A DNA stretch of 64,000 nt from Patescibacteria group bacterium (GCA_038064695.1 JBBTSO010000004.1:114165-178164), one strand, 5' to 3'. Shown: positions 9,231 to 18,464, counted from the stretch's first letter. The notes: generated by a model from the letters alone, not told the origin. Program-made: numbers and translations.

Positions 9231-10452
9231 AATACTCTCCACCATTAAAAACGCGCGCGTTGCCTTGAACGAGAATGCAAAAAAAGCAGGTGACTCACTT
9301 CGCGCGTTTAAACTTCCTGCACTTTCTAAGAAAGAAAAAACCGTTTCCCCAAAAAAAACTAACAAACCACAAGAACGTGAAGGTGAGAAAAAGCCATTCA
9401 TCATTGGCGGTATTTCTATTCGCGAGCAGAGTCTCTTTGCGCGCCGCTTGGCCTTTCTCATAAACTCAGGAGTGCCGGTGTTGGAGGCGATGCACATCAT
9501 CATTGACCAGACCTCGTCGCGCACCTTAAAAGAAGTATTGACCTACGTTGCGAAGGACATTTCCCACGGCCAGTTTTTGCATACGAGCTTAAAAAAGTTT
9601 CCAAGCGTCTTTAATGGGTTTATGGTGAACATCATTCGTGTCGGGGAAGTGTCCGGTATTCTTTCCAACAACCTCCTCTATCTCTCCGAAGAACTCCGCA
9701 AGCGCGACGTGTTAAAGAAAAAGGTAATTGGCGCCTTGGTGTACCCTGCGTTCATTACGGTCGCGACCCTAGGGGTTACCGGCATGCTCACCGCTTTTAT
9801 TTTCCCTAAAATAATGCCGATTTTTGCCTCGCTCAACGTGAAATTGCCTTTGACGACCATTATTTTGATTGCGGTTTCTGACTACTTGCGCGTGTGGGGT
9901 TTGTGGACCATTTTAGGCATCATTGTGTTTGTTGTCATTGTTATCGTTTTACGTAACACGGTACCCGCGTTCCGAGAGCTTTTGGAAAAAATAATTATCC
10001 GCATTCCCTTGGTGGGGCCAATGGTGCGTACGTACCACGTCGCGAACTTTTCTCGCACATTGGGGATTATGTTAAAGAGCGGCGCGATGGTCACGGACGC
10101 TATTGAAATTACGGGTGACACGTTGGAATTTAAAATTTACCACGACCAGTGTGACAAAATTGTTGATCGCGTGAAGCGCGGAGAGCAAATCGCCACACTA
10201 CTTAAAGAGAAAAAGATTTTGTTTCCCATTATGTTGACGCATATGGTTGCCATAGGGGAGAGGACGGGTAAGTTGTCGGAGACACTCATTTATCTTGGTG
10301 GGTTGTATGAAGAAGAGTTGGACGATCAGTCTAAAAATCTCTCATCCGCTATTGAACCTATTTTGATGGCGGTGATGGGTATTTTGGTTGGCTTTGTCGC
10401 GGTGTCGGTCATCACTCCTATTTACGGCATTACGCAATCTCTTTCCCGCTAA
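9214..10452 (+). CDS. pilC: Type IV pilus inner-membrane platform protein (GspF/PilC family)
   Basis: Two repeated GspF-type domains with three TM segments. Overlaps pilB by 17 nt, an operon-like arrangement. Confidence 0.85.
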   Translation: MSYMNKILSTIKNARVALNENAKKAGDSLRAFKLPALSKKEKTVSPKKTNKPQEREGEKKPFIIGGISIREQSLFARRLAFLINSGVPVLEAMHIIIDQTSSRTLKEVLTYVAKDISHGQFLHTSLKKFPSVFNGFMVNIIRVGEVSGILSNNLLYLSEELRKRDVLKKKVIGALVYPAFITVATLGVTGMLTAFIFPKIMPIFASLNVKLPLTTIILIAVSDYLRVWGLWTILGIIVFVVIVIVLRNTVPAFRELLEKIIIRIPLVGPMVRTYHVANFSRTLGIMLKSGAMVTDAIEITGDTLEFKIYHDQCDKIVDRVKRGEQIATLLKEKKILFPIMLTHMVAIGERTGKLSETLIYLGGLYEEELDDQSKNLSSAIEPILMAVMGILVGFVAVSVITPIYGITQSLSR

Positions 10453-10453
10453 T

Positions 10454-10888
10454 ATGCAACGAGGATTCTCATTATTTGAAGTTTTAATTGTTATCGGCAT
10501 ACTTGGTGTTGTAGCACTTTTCACCGTGGGTATTGATACGCGCTCCATTTCACGAAGCACTGCTTCCGCTGAAAGCACGGTGCTGTTACAAATGCTCATT
10601 CACGCACGCAGTCGGGCTATGAATAACGAGTATCAAATGCCTCACGGTGTGTACGTTGATGCAAACAATTTTGTACTATTTCGTGGTAATTCATATGACC
10701 CGTTGGCAGCAGGAAATGAGCCCACCCCTCGCTCAACACAGGTTTCAATTTCTATTCCACCCGCCGTTCCTTTTGAGGTCGTTTTTACCCAGCTTTCAGG
10801 CACTACGTCGGCTCAGACGGTAAAGCTTGCATCGGGGGTTGATTCGGTAGATATTGATATTAAAGAGACAGGCGCCATTGCTTGGTAA
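10454..10888 (+). CDS. Prepilin-type N-terminal cleavage/methylation domain protein (pseudopilin)
   Basis: MQRGFSLFEVLIVIGILGVVALF gives a class III signal G|FSLFE with Glu at +5. Start moved to the ATG at 10454, 1 nt after the pilC stop. The ORF-track start at 10388 overlaps pilC. Confidence 0.7.
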   Translation: MQRGFSLFEVLIVIGILGVVALFTVGIDTRSISRSTASAESTVLLQMLIHARSRAMNNEYQMPHGVYVDANNFVLFRGNSYDPLAAGNEPTPRSTQVSISIPPAVPFEVVFTQLSGTTSAQTVKLASGVDSVDIDIKETGAIAW

Positions 10889-10891
10889 CGT

Positions 10892-12430
10892 ATGAAAAAA
10901 CACCCTATCCGCGGCTTCAGTATCGTAGAAATTCTCCTCGCGCTCGCTATCGTGTCGGTAGCCATTACGGGTGCCACGGTACTGGCTTTTGGAAGCCAAG
11001 ACGCGGTGCGCGACGCGGGACTTTCGCAAGAAGCGCTCTATAAGGTGGAGCAGGCACTTGAAGAAAAATTTGCTGCTTTGAAATTTGATTGGAACCAGCT
11101 CGCCGCGAGTGCTATTGTTGCCGACAGCATTTACGACAAGCAGGTTATTGTTACCGACATTTCAGAGTGCGTGAAGCAGGTGGAAAGCCGCGCGGACTGG
11201 AGTGTGCCCCAGCGTTCACAAGCGTCGTCACTCATCACCCTTTTCTCTTCTACCTCAACCATCGCCGCGTTAGGGGGTAACTGCAATACCACTCCTACTT
11301 CGAATGATTGGGATTTTCCCAGTTCATACGGCTTCGCTGACTTTGAATCATCGAGTGGTATTCACGGTATGGACATTGATGTAACCTATCGAGGATCTCA
11401 ACGTATTGGATTTCTTGCGGGATCAATTAGTGATGACAACAAAGAAGATTTTGTTATTCTCGATCTTTCGGTCGCCAATACCCCCGCAGTTATTTCTGGT
11501 TCAGAACTAAACCTAGGAGAGTTTATTGAGGCGGGGGGTGGCGCAAACGGGCGAGTAAATGCATTAGTTGCTGCAGACAACTATGTGTATGCACTTTCAC
11601 ACACAAAGAAGAATTCACCTTCAGAAATGATTTTGACGGTTATTGATACTTCGATACTCACTGTTCCGACCGTGGTCGCTACATCAACTTTACCGGGCAA
11701 TGCCAGTGCATATGTCGATGAAGGCGCAATAGCTTATTATGACGGATATGTATACGTTGGAACATGGGATACTGCTGGTCCAGAGTTCCATGTTTTTGAC
11801 GTTTCGCTCCCTACGAATCCGATTGAAGTTGAGTCAGTTGAACTGACTCACTCAATCAAGGAACTCGTGGTGCGCAACAATTATGTATACGCTGCCACTA
11901 CTGCGGAAAACGCTGAATTAATGGTGTTTGATGTATCAAATCCTCTCAGTGTTCCAGACCCAATTTCAGCTGGTACTGTTTACGACGTAAAAAGTACTGA
12001 TGGAACGACCGCGAGTGGTCGTGACGGTACTTCCGTGTACGCTTCTGGCAACAGGGTATATCTAGGGCGCGTTGGCTCAGGGATTAATGAAAGTGATGAA
12101 CATGAATTCTTTATTCTTGACGTTTCAAACCCCGTAAGTATTTCCCTCCTCGGTTCGATGGAACTCGACTTGAAGACTACTGAAGAAGTGGTTGGTTTGA
12201 ACATTGTCGGACCTCTTGCGTTTATTGTTTCAACTGACACAAATGTGGGTTTCCAGGTATGGAATATTACTGATCCAGACAATATAGTGTCACCGTCATC
12301 GTGTAACAATTTATTTAATTATCCCGAAAAGCCAACAGCATTAGACTTTGTAGATAACTTCGGGTTTGTTTCAAATGATGCAAACAAGGCGCTAAGAGTA
12401 ATTTATGATGATCCATCCTGCACGCTATAA
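10892..12430 (+). CDS. Large (512 aa) prepilin-like protein carrying an LVIVD-repeat beta-propeller domain; candidate pilus tip adhesin / minor pilin
   Basis: N-terminus MKKHPIRGFSIVEILLALAIV (G|FSIVE). Five repeats of the LVIVD type: FVILDLSVANTP, FHVFDVSLPTNP, LMVFDVSNPLSVP, FFILDVSNPVSIS, FQVWNITDPDN, interleaved with NYVYA-type strands. Confidence 0.7.
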   Translation: MKKHPIRGFSIVEILLALAIVSVAITGATVLAFGSQDAVRDAGLSQEALYKVEQALEEKFAALKFDWNQLAASAIVADSIYDKQVIVTDISECVKQVESRADWSVPQRSQASSLITLFSSTSTIAALGGNCNTTPTSNDWDFPSSYGFADFESSSGIHGMDIDVTYRGSQRIGFLAGSISDDNKEDFVILDLSVANTPAVISGSELNLGEFIEAGGGANGRVNALVAADNYVYALSHTKKNSPSEMILTVIDTSILTVPTVVATSTLPGNASAYVDEGAIAYYDGYVYVGTWDTAGPEFHVFDVSLPTNPIEVESVELTHSIKELVVRNNYVYAATTAENAELMVFDVSNPLSVPDPISAGTVYDVKSTDGTTASGRDGTSVYASGNRVYLGRVGSGINESDEHEFFILDVSNPVSISLLGSMELDLKTTEEVVGLNIVGPLAFIVSTDTNVGFQVWNITDPDNIVSPSSCNNLFNYPEKPTALDFVDNFGFVSNDANKALRVIYDDPSCTL

Positions 12431-12884
12431 CCCTACTAGGCGAGGCGTTACGCTGTTCGAGACGCTCATCTACATTTTTATTTTCTCACTCTTGATGACG
12501 GGGGCGCTCGCCACGTCGTTTTGGACGGCGGAAACAAGTGCGCGCACCGCGCGTTTAGCGCTGATTGAGTCTGAAGCAGATTTTGTGTTGCGTAAAATTG
12601 ACTGGGCAGCAACGGGCTCCACTATCACAGAACCAGCGCCAGACGACACTGGGGATGTTTTAACTTTCGAGCGAGATGGTGAAGAATATTCTTTTATGCT
12701 CACCGGCAATACCTTGATGTTTCTTTTGAATGGTTTTGAAGCACCACTCACCACTAACAATGTGTCGGTGAGTTCTTTTTCCGCAACGCACGTGGCGGAA
12801 GCCGGGGTTGTACCCGCCGCCGCTTCAACCACAATTATTATGAACGGAAAAACGTACGGACCAAAAATTCACTATGTACGCTAA
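12405..12884 (+). CDS. Prepilin-type pseudopilin (minor pilin)
   Basis: RRGVTLFETLIYIFIFSLLMTG gives G|VTLFE with Glu at +5, with a hydrophobic helix downstream. Confidence 0.6.
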   Translation: MMIHPARYNPTRRGVTLFETLIYIFIFSLLMTGALATSFWTAETSARTARLALIESEADFVLRKIDWAATGSTITEPAPDDTGDVLTFERDGEEYSFMLTGNTLMFLLNGFEAPLTTNNVSVSSFSATHVAEAGVVPAAASTTIIMNGKTYGPKIHYVR

Positions 12885-13344
12885 CCCCCTTAACAAAAAA
12901 ATTATCATATATGGTAATTTTTTTCATATAGGGAAAAGTGAAAGGGGATACATCGCACTTGTGTCTGTACTCATTATTTCGTTGGTGCTTTTAACACTTG
13001 CGGTGTCGGTTAGTTTGACTGGGTTTTATGCACGTTCAAATATTTTGGGGAGCGAAATTAAAGAGCAGAGCATGGCGCTTGCAGAAAGTTGCGTCAGTAA
13101 AGCAGTGGCCGATGTCGCGATAGGGAACCCTACGACGGGCGTGGTTTCGTTTAGCGAAAATCCCTACACGGGAGATGCGTACGAGTGCACCATTCTTTCC
13201 ATTACATCTGACTCACCAAACACAGGAGAAACCACCATAGAAACTCAAGGAATTTTCTACAATTCGTACACCAACCTCGTCGTAACTATTGACAGTAATA
13301 ACCAAAATGTGTTGAAATGGCGAGAGGTTCCAACGCTCCCGTAA
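12874..13344 (+). CDS. PilX/GspK-like pilus-associated protein (hydrophobic N-terminal segment without the +5 Glu); start uncertain
   Basis: ERGYIALVSVLIISLVLLTLAV resembles PilX/GspK N-termini. The N-terminal region carries the 27-bp repeat also found inside tsaD. Confidence 0.4.
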   Translation: MYANPLNKKIIIYGNFFHIGKSERGYIALVSVLIISLVLLTLAVSVSLTGFYARSNILGSEIKEQSMALAESCVSKAVADVAIGNPTTGVVSFSENPYTGDAYECTILSITSDSPNTGETTIETQGIFYNSYTNLVVTIDSNNQNVLKWREVPTLP

Positions 13345-13444
13345 CTATTGATTTTGAGTGCGTTTTGTGGTAGTTTTTAAGCAGGGTACTTCCAAAAATA
13401 CCCTTTAATTAGAACTTATTTTTGGAGATTAGTCTCTTAAAAAA

Positions 13445-13900
13445 ATGAATAAAACTCTTAAATCAGCACGTGGTTTCACATTGATTGAAATCCTCGTCGT
13501 GATTGGTATTATTGCAATCCTCGCCGCAGTGGTGTTGATTGCTATTAACCCCGCTCGCCAGTTCTCACAGGCAAATAACAGTCAGCGTACATCAAACGTT
13601 AACGCTATTCTTAACGCTGTTGGTCAAAAACTTGCGGATGGCAAAGGTGCCTTCAATACAGGCGGTTGTCCAGCTCTTCCAACAACTCTATCAGAAATCA
13701 TTGTTGGTGGTACTGTATCAGGTAACCAAGTTGACCTAGCTTGTTTGACCCCAACCTACCTACCCTCATTCCCATTTGATCCGGCAACAGGAAACACTGC
13801 TTCAACAACAGGATACTTCATCATTGTCGACGGAAACAGTCGAGTAACGGTGAGTGCTCCTGATGCTGAGCTAAGTCAGACCATCTCAGTCACTCGTTAG
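13445..13900 (+). CDS. pilA: Type IV major pilin (PilA-like)
   Basis: MNKTLKSARGFTLIEILVVIGIIAILAAVVLIAINPA: canonical G|FTLIE class III signal, 151 aa, with its own leader and terminator. Confidence 0.8.
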   Translation: MNKTLKSARGFTLIEILVVIGIIAILAAVVLIAINPARQFSQANNSQRTSNVNAILNAVGQKLADGKGAFNTGGCPALPTTLSEIIVGGTVSGNQVDLACLTPTYLPSFPFDPATGNTASTTGYFIIVDGNSRVTVSAPDAELSQTISVTR

Positions 13901-13911
13901 TTTGTCCTCTC

Positions 13912-13944
13912 AAAAACACCCAGCCAACGCTGGGTGTTTTTTTG
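13912..13944. terminator. Rho-independent terminator (AAAAACACCCAGC-CAAC-GCTGGGTGTTTTTTT)
   Basis: GC stem with flanking A- and T-tracts, directly after the major pilin gene. Confidence 0.6.
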
Positions 13945-13970
13945 TCACATTTTCCCTCAAAATCCGTCAT

Positions 13971-14004
13971 ACAACTATATCTGACGGTCGTCAGATATAG
14001 TTGT
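13971..14004. repeat. 34-bp perfect palindrome ACAACTATATCTGACGG|TCGTCAGATATAGTTGT, member of a 3-copy family
   Basis: Reverse complement equals itself. Related copies at 31439-31487 and 40774-40807 share the core TCTGACGGNCGTCAGA. Confidence 0.6.
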
Positions 14005-14061
14005 ATTGATGGAAGGGTGTTTTACCCCTAAAGATAGGGATAACAGGGGAGTGGGGATAAC

Positions 14062-14090
14062 TTGCTTTTTGTAATAATGTATGGTATAAT
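14062..14090 (+). promoter_or_regulatory. Sigma70-like promoter TTGCTT-17-TATAAT upstream of the CAP-domain gene
   Basis: Read directly from the sequence, 52 bp upstream of the ATG at 14142. Confidence 0.55.
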
Positions 14091-14141
14091 ACACAGTACG
14101 TAAAAAGGCGACACATTTTCCTTGATACAATTCCAGTACTT

Positions 14142-15191
14142 ATGTTTCCAACATTCAAAAAATGGTTCATTCCAAGCTCGGAAAACGACTACCTGCCGTA
14201 CTCGGTACGCGTGGTTCCGTTTGTGCTTTTGAGCGCCTTTGTCGGATTTGTGTTCCTCACTTCAGCGTCGGTCCAGAAACTTTTAACTGACCAAGACAGC
14301 TTTCTCGCCGCGGTTGTTGCAAGCGTGCTCGTTGACCTCGCTAATGGCGACCGCGCGGGTGAAGGACTTCACGGGCTTTCAGTGAACCCAACCTTGGTTG
14401 AGGCGGCACAGGCAAAGGCAGATGATATGGCGCGCGCGGGATACTTTTCACACAACTCACCTGATGGGAAAACGCCGTGGTACTGGTTTGGAGAAGCGGG
14501 GTACCAATTTTCATACGCTGGTGAAAATCTCGCTGTCTTTTTTGGTGACTCAGCGGACGTTGAGCGTGCGTGGATGAATTCGCCTTCTCACCGCGCGAAC
14601 ATTTTGAGTTCAAATTTTACTGAAATTGGCATTGCTACTGCTGAAGGATATTATCAAGGTCAGCCAACGGTGTTTGTGGTTCAAATGTTTGGCGCGCCCG
14701 CAACGAAAAAACCACTCGCTACCGTTCAGACGAGTCCAGTATTGGGTGAAAGCGCGGAAACCATTGAAACTGGTTCTGTCGGAGGCGAAACTATTGAAGT
14801 AGTAACTGAAAACGATCCCGTTTCTACTCCTGTCGCCGTCCTGCCAAGCGAGCCTACTGTCATTCACGAAGATGATATGTTCATCGCGGTTAAAAATACC
14901 GACGTCGTGGAAGCGCCCAGCGACTATGCCGTGGAGCGTCAGACCAACATTGCAGAGCGCGTTGCCGCTTCACCACACACTACGCTGACGTATGTCTATG
15001 GTTTGATTGGAACTATTCTCGCACTTGCGGTAGTGTTGTTTGTCTTTTTGGAATTTCACATACAAAAACCAACGCACGTCTTTTTAAGTCTTGCGCTCAT
15101 CCTCTTCATGGGATTGTTACTTTTCTTCACCGACCACCACGTGGCACTTGCTGAGTTGCAAGCATTGAGCTCACTCCTTCCTCACTCATAA
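14142..15191 (+). CDS. Membrane-anchored CAP/SCP (PR-1-like, YkwD-type) domain protein
   Basis: GYFSHNSPDGKTPWYWF .. GENLAV .. AWMNSPSHRANIL matches the CAP-domain signature. N- and C-terminal hydrophobic helices. Confidence 0.7.
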   Translation: MFPTFKKWFIPSSENDYLPYSVRVVPFVLLSAFVGFVFLTSASVQKLLTDQDSFLAAVVASVLVDLANGDRAGEGLHGLSVNPTLVEAAQAKADDMARAGYFSHNSPDGKTPWYWFGEAGYQFSYAGENLAVFFGDSADVERAWMNSPSHRANILSSNFTEIGIATAEGYYQGQPTVFVVQMFGAPATKKPLATVQTSPVLGESAETIETGSVGGETIEVVTENDPVSTPVAVLPSEPTVIHEDDMFIAVKNTDVVEAPSDYAVERQTNIAERVAASPHTTLTYVYGLIGTILALAVVLFVFLEFHIQKPTHVFLSLALILFMGLLLFFTDHHVALAELQALSSLLPHS

Positions 15192-15193
15192 AT

Positions 15194-16357
15194 TCACGTC
15201 AGTGAAAGAGACCCGCGCGCCACGAGTGTTTTTTCCGTGTCTGTTCTTTTGTGGTGCGCGCGAAGTAATCCCGCGATGCCTATCATAATAGCGTTATCGC
15301 CGGTCAGTGATTTTTCAGGGTATCCAAAATAGATCCCAGGGAATTCTTCAACAACGAGCTTGTGCAGTGCTTCACGAATGTTTTGGTTAGCCGACACGCC
15401 ACCGCCAACGGCGAGTGTGCGTGCGCCGGTTTCATCAAGAGCTCGTTTTGTTTTTGAAACGAGCACGTCGCGGACTGCATTTTGAAATTCGTGCGCGATG
15501 TTTTCTTTATCAGATTCCGAAAGAGAGGGAATAGCTTCTACCATATATCGCACCGCGGTTTTAAGACCAGAAAATGAAAAGTCACACGACTGCTCGTGAA
15601 TCATGGGGCGGGGGAGCGTGAAAGGTTTTAGGGTATCGGTTTTAGGTTTTAGCTTTGCGGCGTACGTTTCTATGTGTGGACCGCCGGGGTACGGAAGCCC
15701 CAAAAGGCGCGCTACTTTGTCGTATGCTTCCCCCACGGCGTCGTCTTTCGTGCGCCCCACCAACTCGTAAGAAAACCACTCTTCCATAAGCACGAGTTCA
15801 GTGTGCCCGCCTGAAATAAGGAGACTTAACACCGGAAAGGCAACATCATGCATCGTAAATCGTACATTGTCCTCCGTATCAAGAAGTGCCGAAATAATGT
15901 GGCCTTCTAAGTGATTAACTCCTACCGCAGGAATATTCCATACCGCGCTCAGTGCATTGGCAAACGAGACCCCGCTCCACAGTGCTGGCTCTAACCCAGG
16001 GCCGTACGTTACCGCAATTAAATCAATGTCAGGTTTTTCGGTGTGTGCTAAAAACGCGCGCACGTTGTTTCTAAAATTTTCTTCTTTTATGTCAGAAAAA
16101 TTATCATATATGGTAATTTTTTCTTGAAGCGTTTTTAGTAAACCCGCTTCGGAAAGTGTTTTTGTGGTAAGAGGGACAAGGTTTTCTTGGTGTTCACGTT
16201 TTGCGAGGTTTGGATATACGCCTCCATACTCAGCGTGTTTTGACGCTTGAGAGTAGAGCGCGCTTCCAAGTACCGAGAATGTTTTTCCTACCGTGTCGCT
16301 CTCTATCACCGCGAGGGCGGTTTCGTCGCACGAGGTTTCTATAGCTAATACCTTCAT
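15194..16357 (-). CDS. tsaD: tRNA N6-adenosine threonylcarbamoyltransferase TsaD (Kae1/YgjD family) with an in-frame ~34-aa insertion
   Basis: MKVLAIETSCDETALAV, metal-binding NHLEGHI, GPGLxxAL motif. Insertion LKTLQEKITIYDNFSDIKEENFRNNVRAFLAHTE relative to canonical TsaD contains the 27-bp repeat at 16096-16122. The ORF-track start at 16381 adds 8 aa. Confidence 0.85.
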   Translation of the reverse strand: MKVLAIETSCDETALAVIESDTVGKTFSVLGSALYSQASKHAEYGGVYPNLAKREHQENLVPLTTKTLSEAGLLKTLQEKITIYDNFSDIKEENFRNNVRAFLAHTEKPDIDLIAVTYGPGLEPALWSGVSFANALSAVWNIPAVGVNHLEGHIISALLDTEDNVRFTMHDVAFPVLSLLISGGHTELVLMEEWFSYELVGRTKDDAVGEAYDKVARLLGLPYPGGPHIETYAAKLKPKTDTLKPFTLPRPMIHEQSCDFSFSGLKTAVRYMVEAIPSLSESDKENIAHEFQNAVRDVLVSKTKRALDETGARTLAVGGGVSANQNIREALHKLVVEEFPGIYFGYPEKSLTGDNAIMIGIAGLLRAHHKRTDTEKTLVARGSLSLT

Positions 16358-16389
16358 ACTTTGGTGAAGTAACGGTATCATGTCCTGAT

Positions 16390-17040
16390 ATGTCTGGCGA
16401 ATTTAAAGTAGTGGCGTTTGATGTTGACGGAACCTTGATGGAAAGCAATCTCTGGCCCCGTTTGCACAAAGTTATGGGACTCAACCAAGCGGTTGATACG
16501 GAGTGGATGCGACGCTACCTCAAAGGTGATTTAACGCTACGCGAGTGGTATACCAACATCGGCATTGCGTGGCGGACACATCCAGAGTCACGTTCAGTAT
16601 GTGAGGAAATTTGTAAAGATTTTACTTTATTACCGAATGCAGATCATTTAGTAAAAACAATTATGGGGCGTGGCATACCCGTTGCGCTCATTTCAAGTGG
16701 TTTAGATTTGTACGTGGAAGCGGTAGCGGCGCGCTTCGGAATTAGTCACGTCTATTGCTACACTAAAACCATATTTAATGAACAAGATTTTTTTCACGAT
16801 ATTACGTTCACTTCTCTACAGTCAGAACACAGCGCAAAGGTAGATGGTATTCGTGATTTAGAAAAAATATATGGTGTTAGTCCAGAGGAGGTTTTGTTTG
16901 TGGGGGACTCTATTAACGACTTGGAAGCGTTCCAATATACAAAACGGGGCATTTTATATGGAGAAGGAAACGAGACACTTCGAAGCGCGGCGTGGAAACA
17001 GGTGAACGATTTAAAGGACGTCCTTGCCTTTGTTGAGTAA
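16390..17040 (+). CDS. HAD-superfamily hydrolase (phosphoserine-phosphatase-like subfamily IB)
   Basis: Motif I VAFDVDGTL and motif IV FVGDSINDLEA. Confidence 0.7.
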   Translation: MSGEFKVVAFDVDGTLMESNLWPRLHKVMGLNQAVDTEWMRRYLKGDLTLREWYTNIGIAWRTHPESRSVCEEICKDFTLLPNADHLVKTIMGRGIPVALISSGLDLYVEAVAARFGISHVYCYTKTIFNEQDFFHDITFTSLQSEHSAKVDGIRDLEKIYGVSPEEVLFVGDSINDLEAFQYTKRGILYGEGNETLRSAAWKQVNDLKDVLAFVE

Positions 17041-17862
17041 CTTCCAGGGGGTAGGAGTTCCATAAGGGATTCTGAATGCGGCGGCGTTGGGGTGCCCATT
17101 ACCTCCATATTTTTTTGCGATATCTGAGAGGTCAACGGTACCGTCTCCGCGGAGAGAAACTGAAATGAAGTCACCTTTCGCTCTGGTGACGAGCGCGAGT
17201 GGGCCTTTTTTCTGCGCAAGTTTGTTGCCAACATCTGACTTAAACATATCGTGCGTGCTCACCAGGTAACACTGATATCCCTCAAACTCAACCAGTTCGG
17301 CGCTCTGCATTATTTTTTCAACGAGGAGGTTCCAGTGGCTTTTGTACGATGCCCCTTTATTTTTTATTTCGTTCCGAGTGTTTTCATTTTCTAGAAGCTG
17401 TTCCAAATTATTCCATGATTCAAAGGTGTATGGCTCTAAATACACGTAAGCCAAAATGGAGCGCGCATCCGGTAGGGTAAATGTATACAAGTCGCCATCC
17501 TGGACGTAGTTTAAAAGCTGAGGGCGTTTTTTTTCGGGGTGAAAATAGTCCCAGGCAATACCCGCACCAGAGCGTTTCTCGTCAAATACGAATTCTTGTA
17601 CTGACTCTACGTCACTCTTTGCCCCAAGGTGGTGGTCTAAAATAACCACCCGTTTTGCAATCTTTTGTAAACCAGCTAAGGTCTCTTTTGGATAGCTAAA
17701 GTCAGCAATGTACACTTCCTTTCCTTCAAGTCCTTCTGGGGGTGGTTTTTGGTGTTCTACGGGCAGGTAATCGGCTGTGTCGCCAAACTTCCTCCAGGCT
17801 GCATAGGCAGCGCCAAAACCGTCTGAGCATTGCGCATGGTACAGAATTACGATGTTTTTCAT
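17011..17862 (-). CDS. nrnA: DHH/DHHA1 phosphoesterase (NrnA-like nanoRNase / pAp phosphatase)
   Basis: DHH motif ILDHHLGAK and DHHA1 motif GGNGHPNAAAF. Confidence 0.75.
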   Translation of the reverse strand: MKNIVILYHAQCSDGFGAAYAAWRKFGDTADYLPVEHQKPPPEGLEGKEVYIADFSYPKETLAGLQKIAKRVVILDHHLGAKSDVESVQEFVFDEKRSGAGIAWDYFHPEKKRPQLLNYVQDGDLYTFTLPDARSILAYVYLEPYTFESWNNLEQLLENENTRNEIKNKGASYKSHWNLLVEKIMQSAELVEFEGYQCYLVSTHDMFKSDVGNKLAQKKGPLALVTRAKGDFISVSLRGDGTVDLSDIAKKYGGNGHPNAAAFRIPYGTPTPWKLLNKGKDVL

Positions 17863-18209
17863 ATATAGAAACCTATTATACCTCGCATGTTTTTTGCTGG
17901 AAAAACATGGTCGGGGCTGGTATCAGTGGTCACTCATAAATTTCCTGACGGAAATTTTGCGCGACCCGATAAAAGCGAACAAGAAGCTTTTGTCCGTGAG
18001 AGCGAAGCGATACACGCTCGTGATGTTCGCCTTGCCTACGGCAAACTCACACATGCCTGTGCCTCGCACAAGTGGTCACAGATATTTTGCTCGCCGTCGC
18101 TTGCAAAATTCTGCGACCCCGTCTCGCGTGTTTCTTCTGCTGGAGAAACATCGCTCCGACTCGCACAAAACCAGAAAATGGTCCGCAGGGACCATTATTC
18201 TGTGTTTTG

Positions 18210-18282
18210 TGCGCGACATAGGACTCGAACCTATAACATCCACAACGTCAATGTGGCGCTCTACCAATTGAGCTAGTCGCGC
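18210..18282 (-). tRNA. tRNA-Val (anticodon GAC)
   Basis: Cloverleaf folded by hand: GCGCGAC acceptor, D-arm GCTC/GAGC, anticodon loop TTGACGT, T-loop TTCGAGT. CCA is not encoded. Confidence 0.85.
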
Positions 18283-18464
18283 TTGAACCCTTGCATTATA
18301 GCCTTTAGAGGTATAGAATCAAAAATTATAATAATTAACGATAGAATTATGGGTAGTTTTGATGTATTTAAAGGATTTGTCGGTGTTTCAGAAGAGGCTT
18401 CAAGTCAAGGTAGTCCCTCTCGTCCTCCAAAAAAAGGACCATATCAGGGACCAAAAAAATAGCC

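Noticed and set aside
17852-18276. Two long plus-strand ORFs (139 and 129 aa) spanning the nrnA-tRNA-Val spacer
   Set aside because: They run straight through the tRNA-Val gene on the opposite strand, have non-protein-like composition (Arg/Cys/His-rich, no motifs) and no upstream signals. They are treated as non-coding, though the spacer itself is flagged as a possible RNA.
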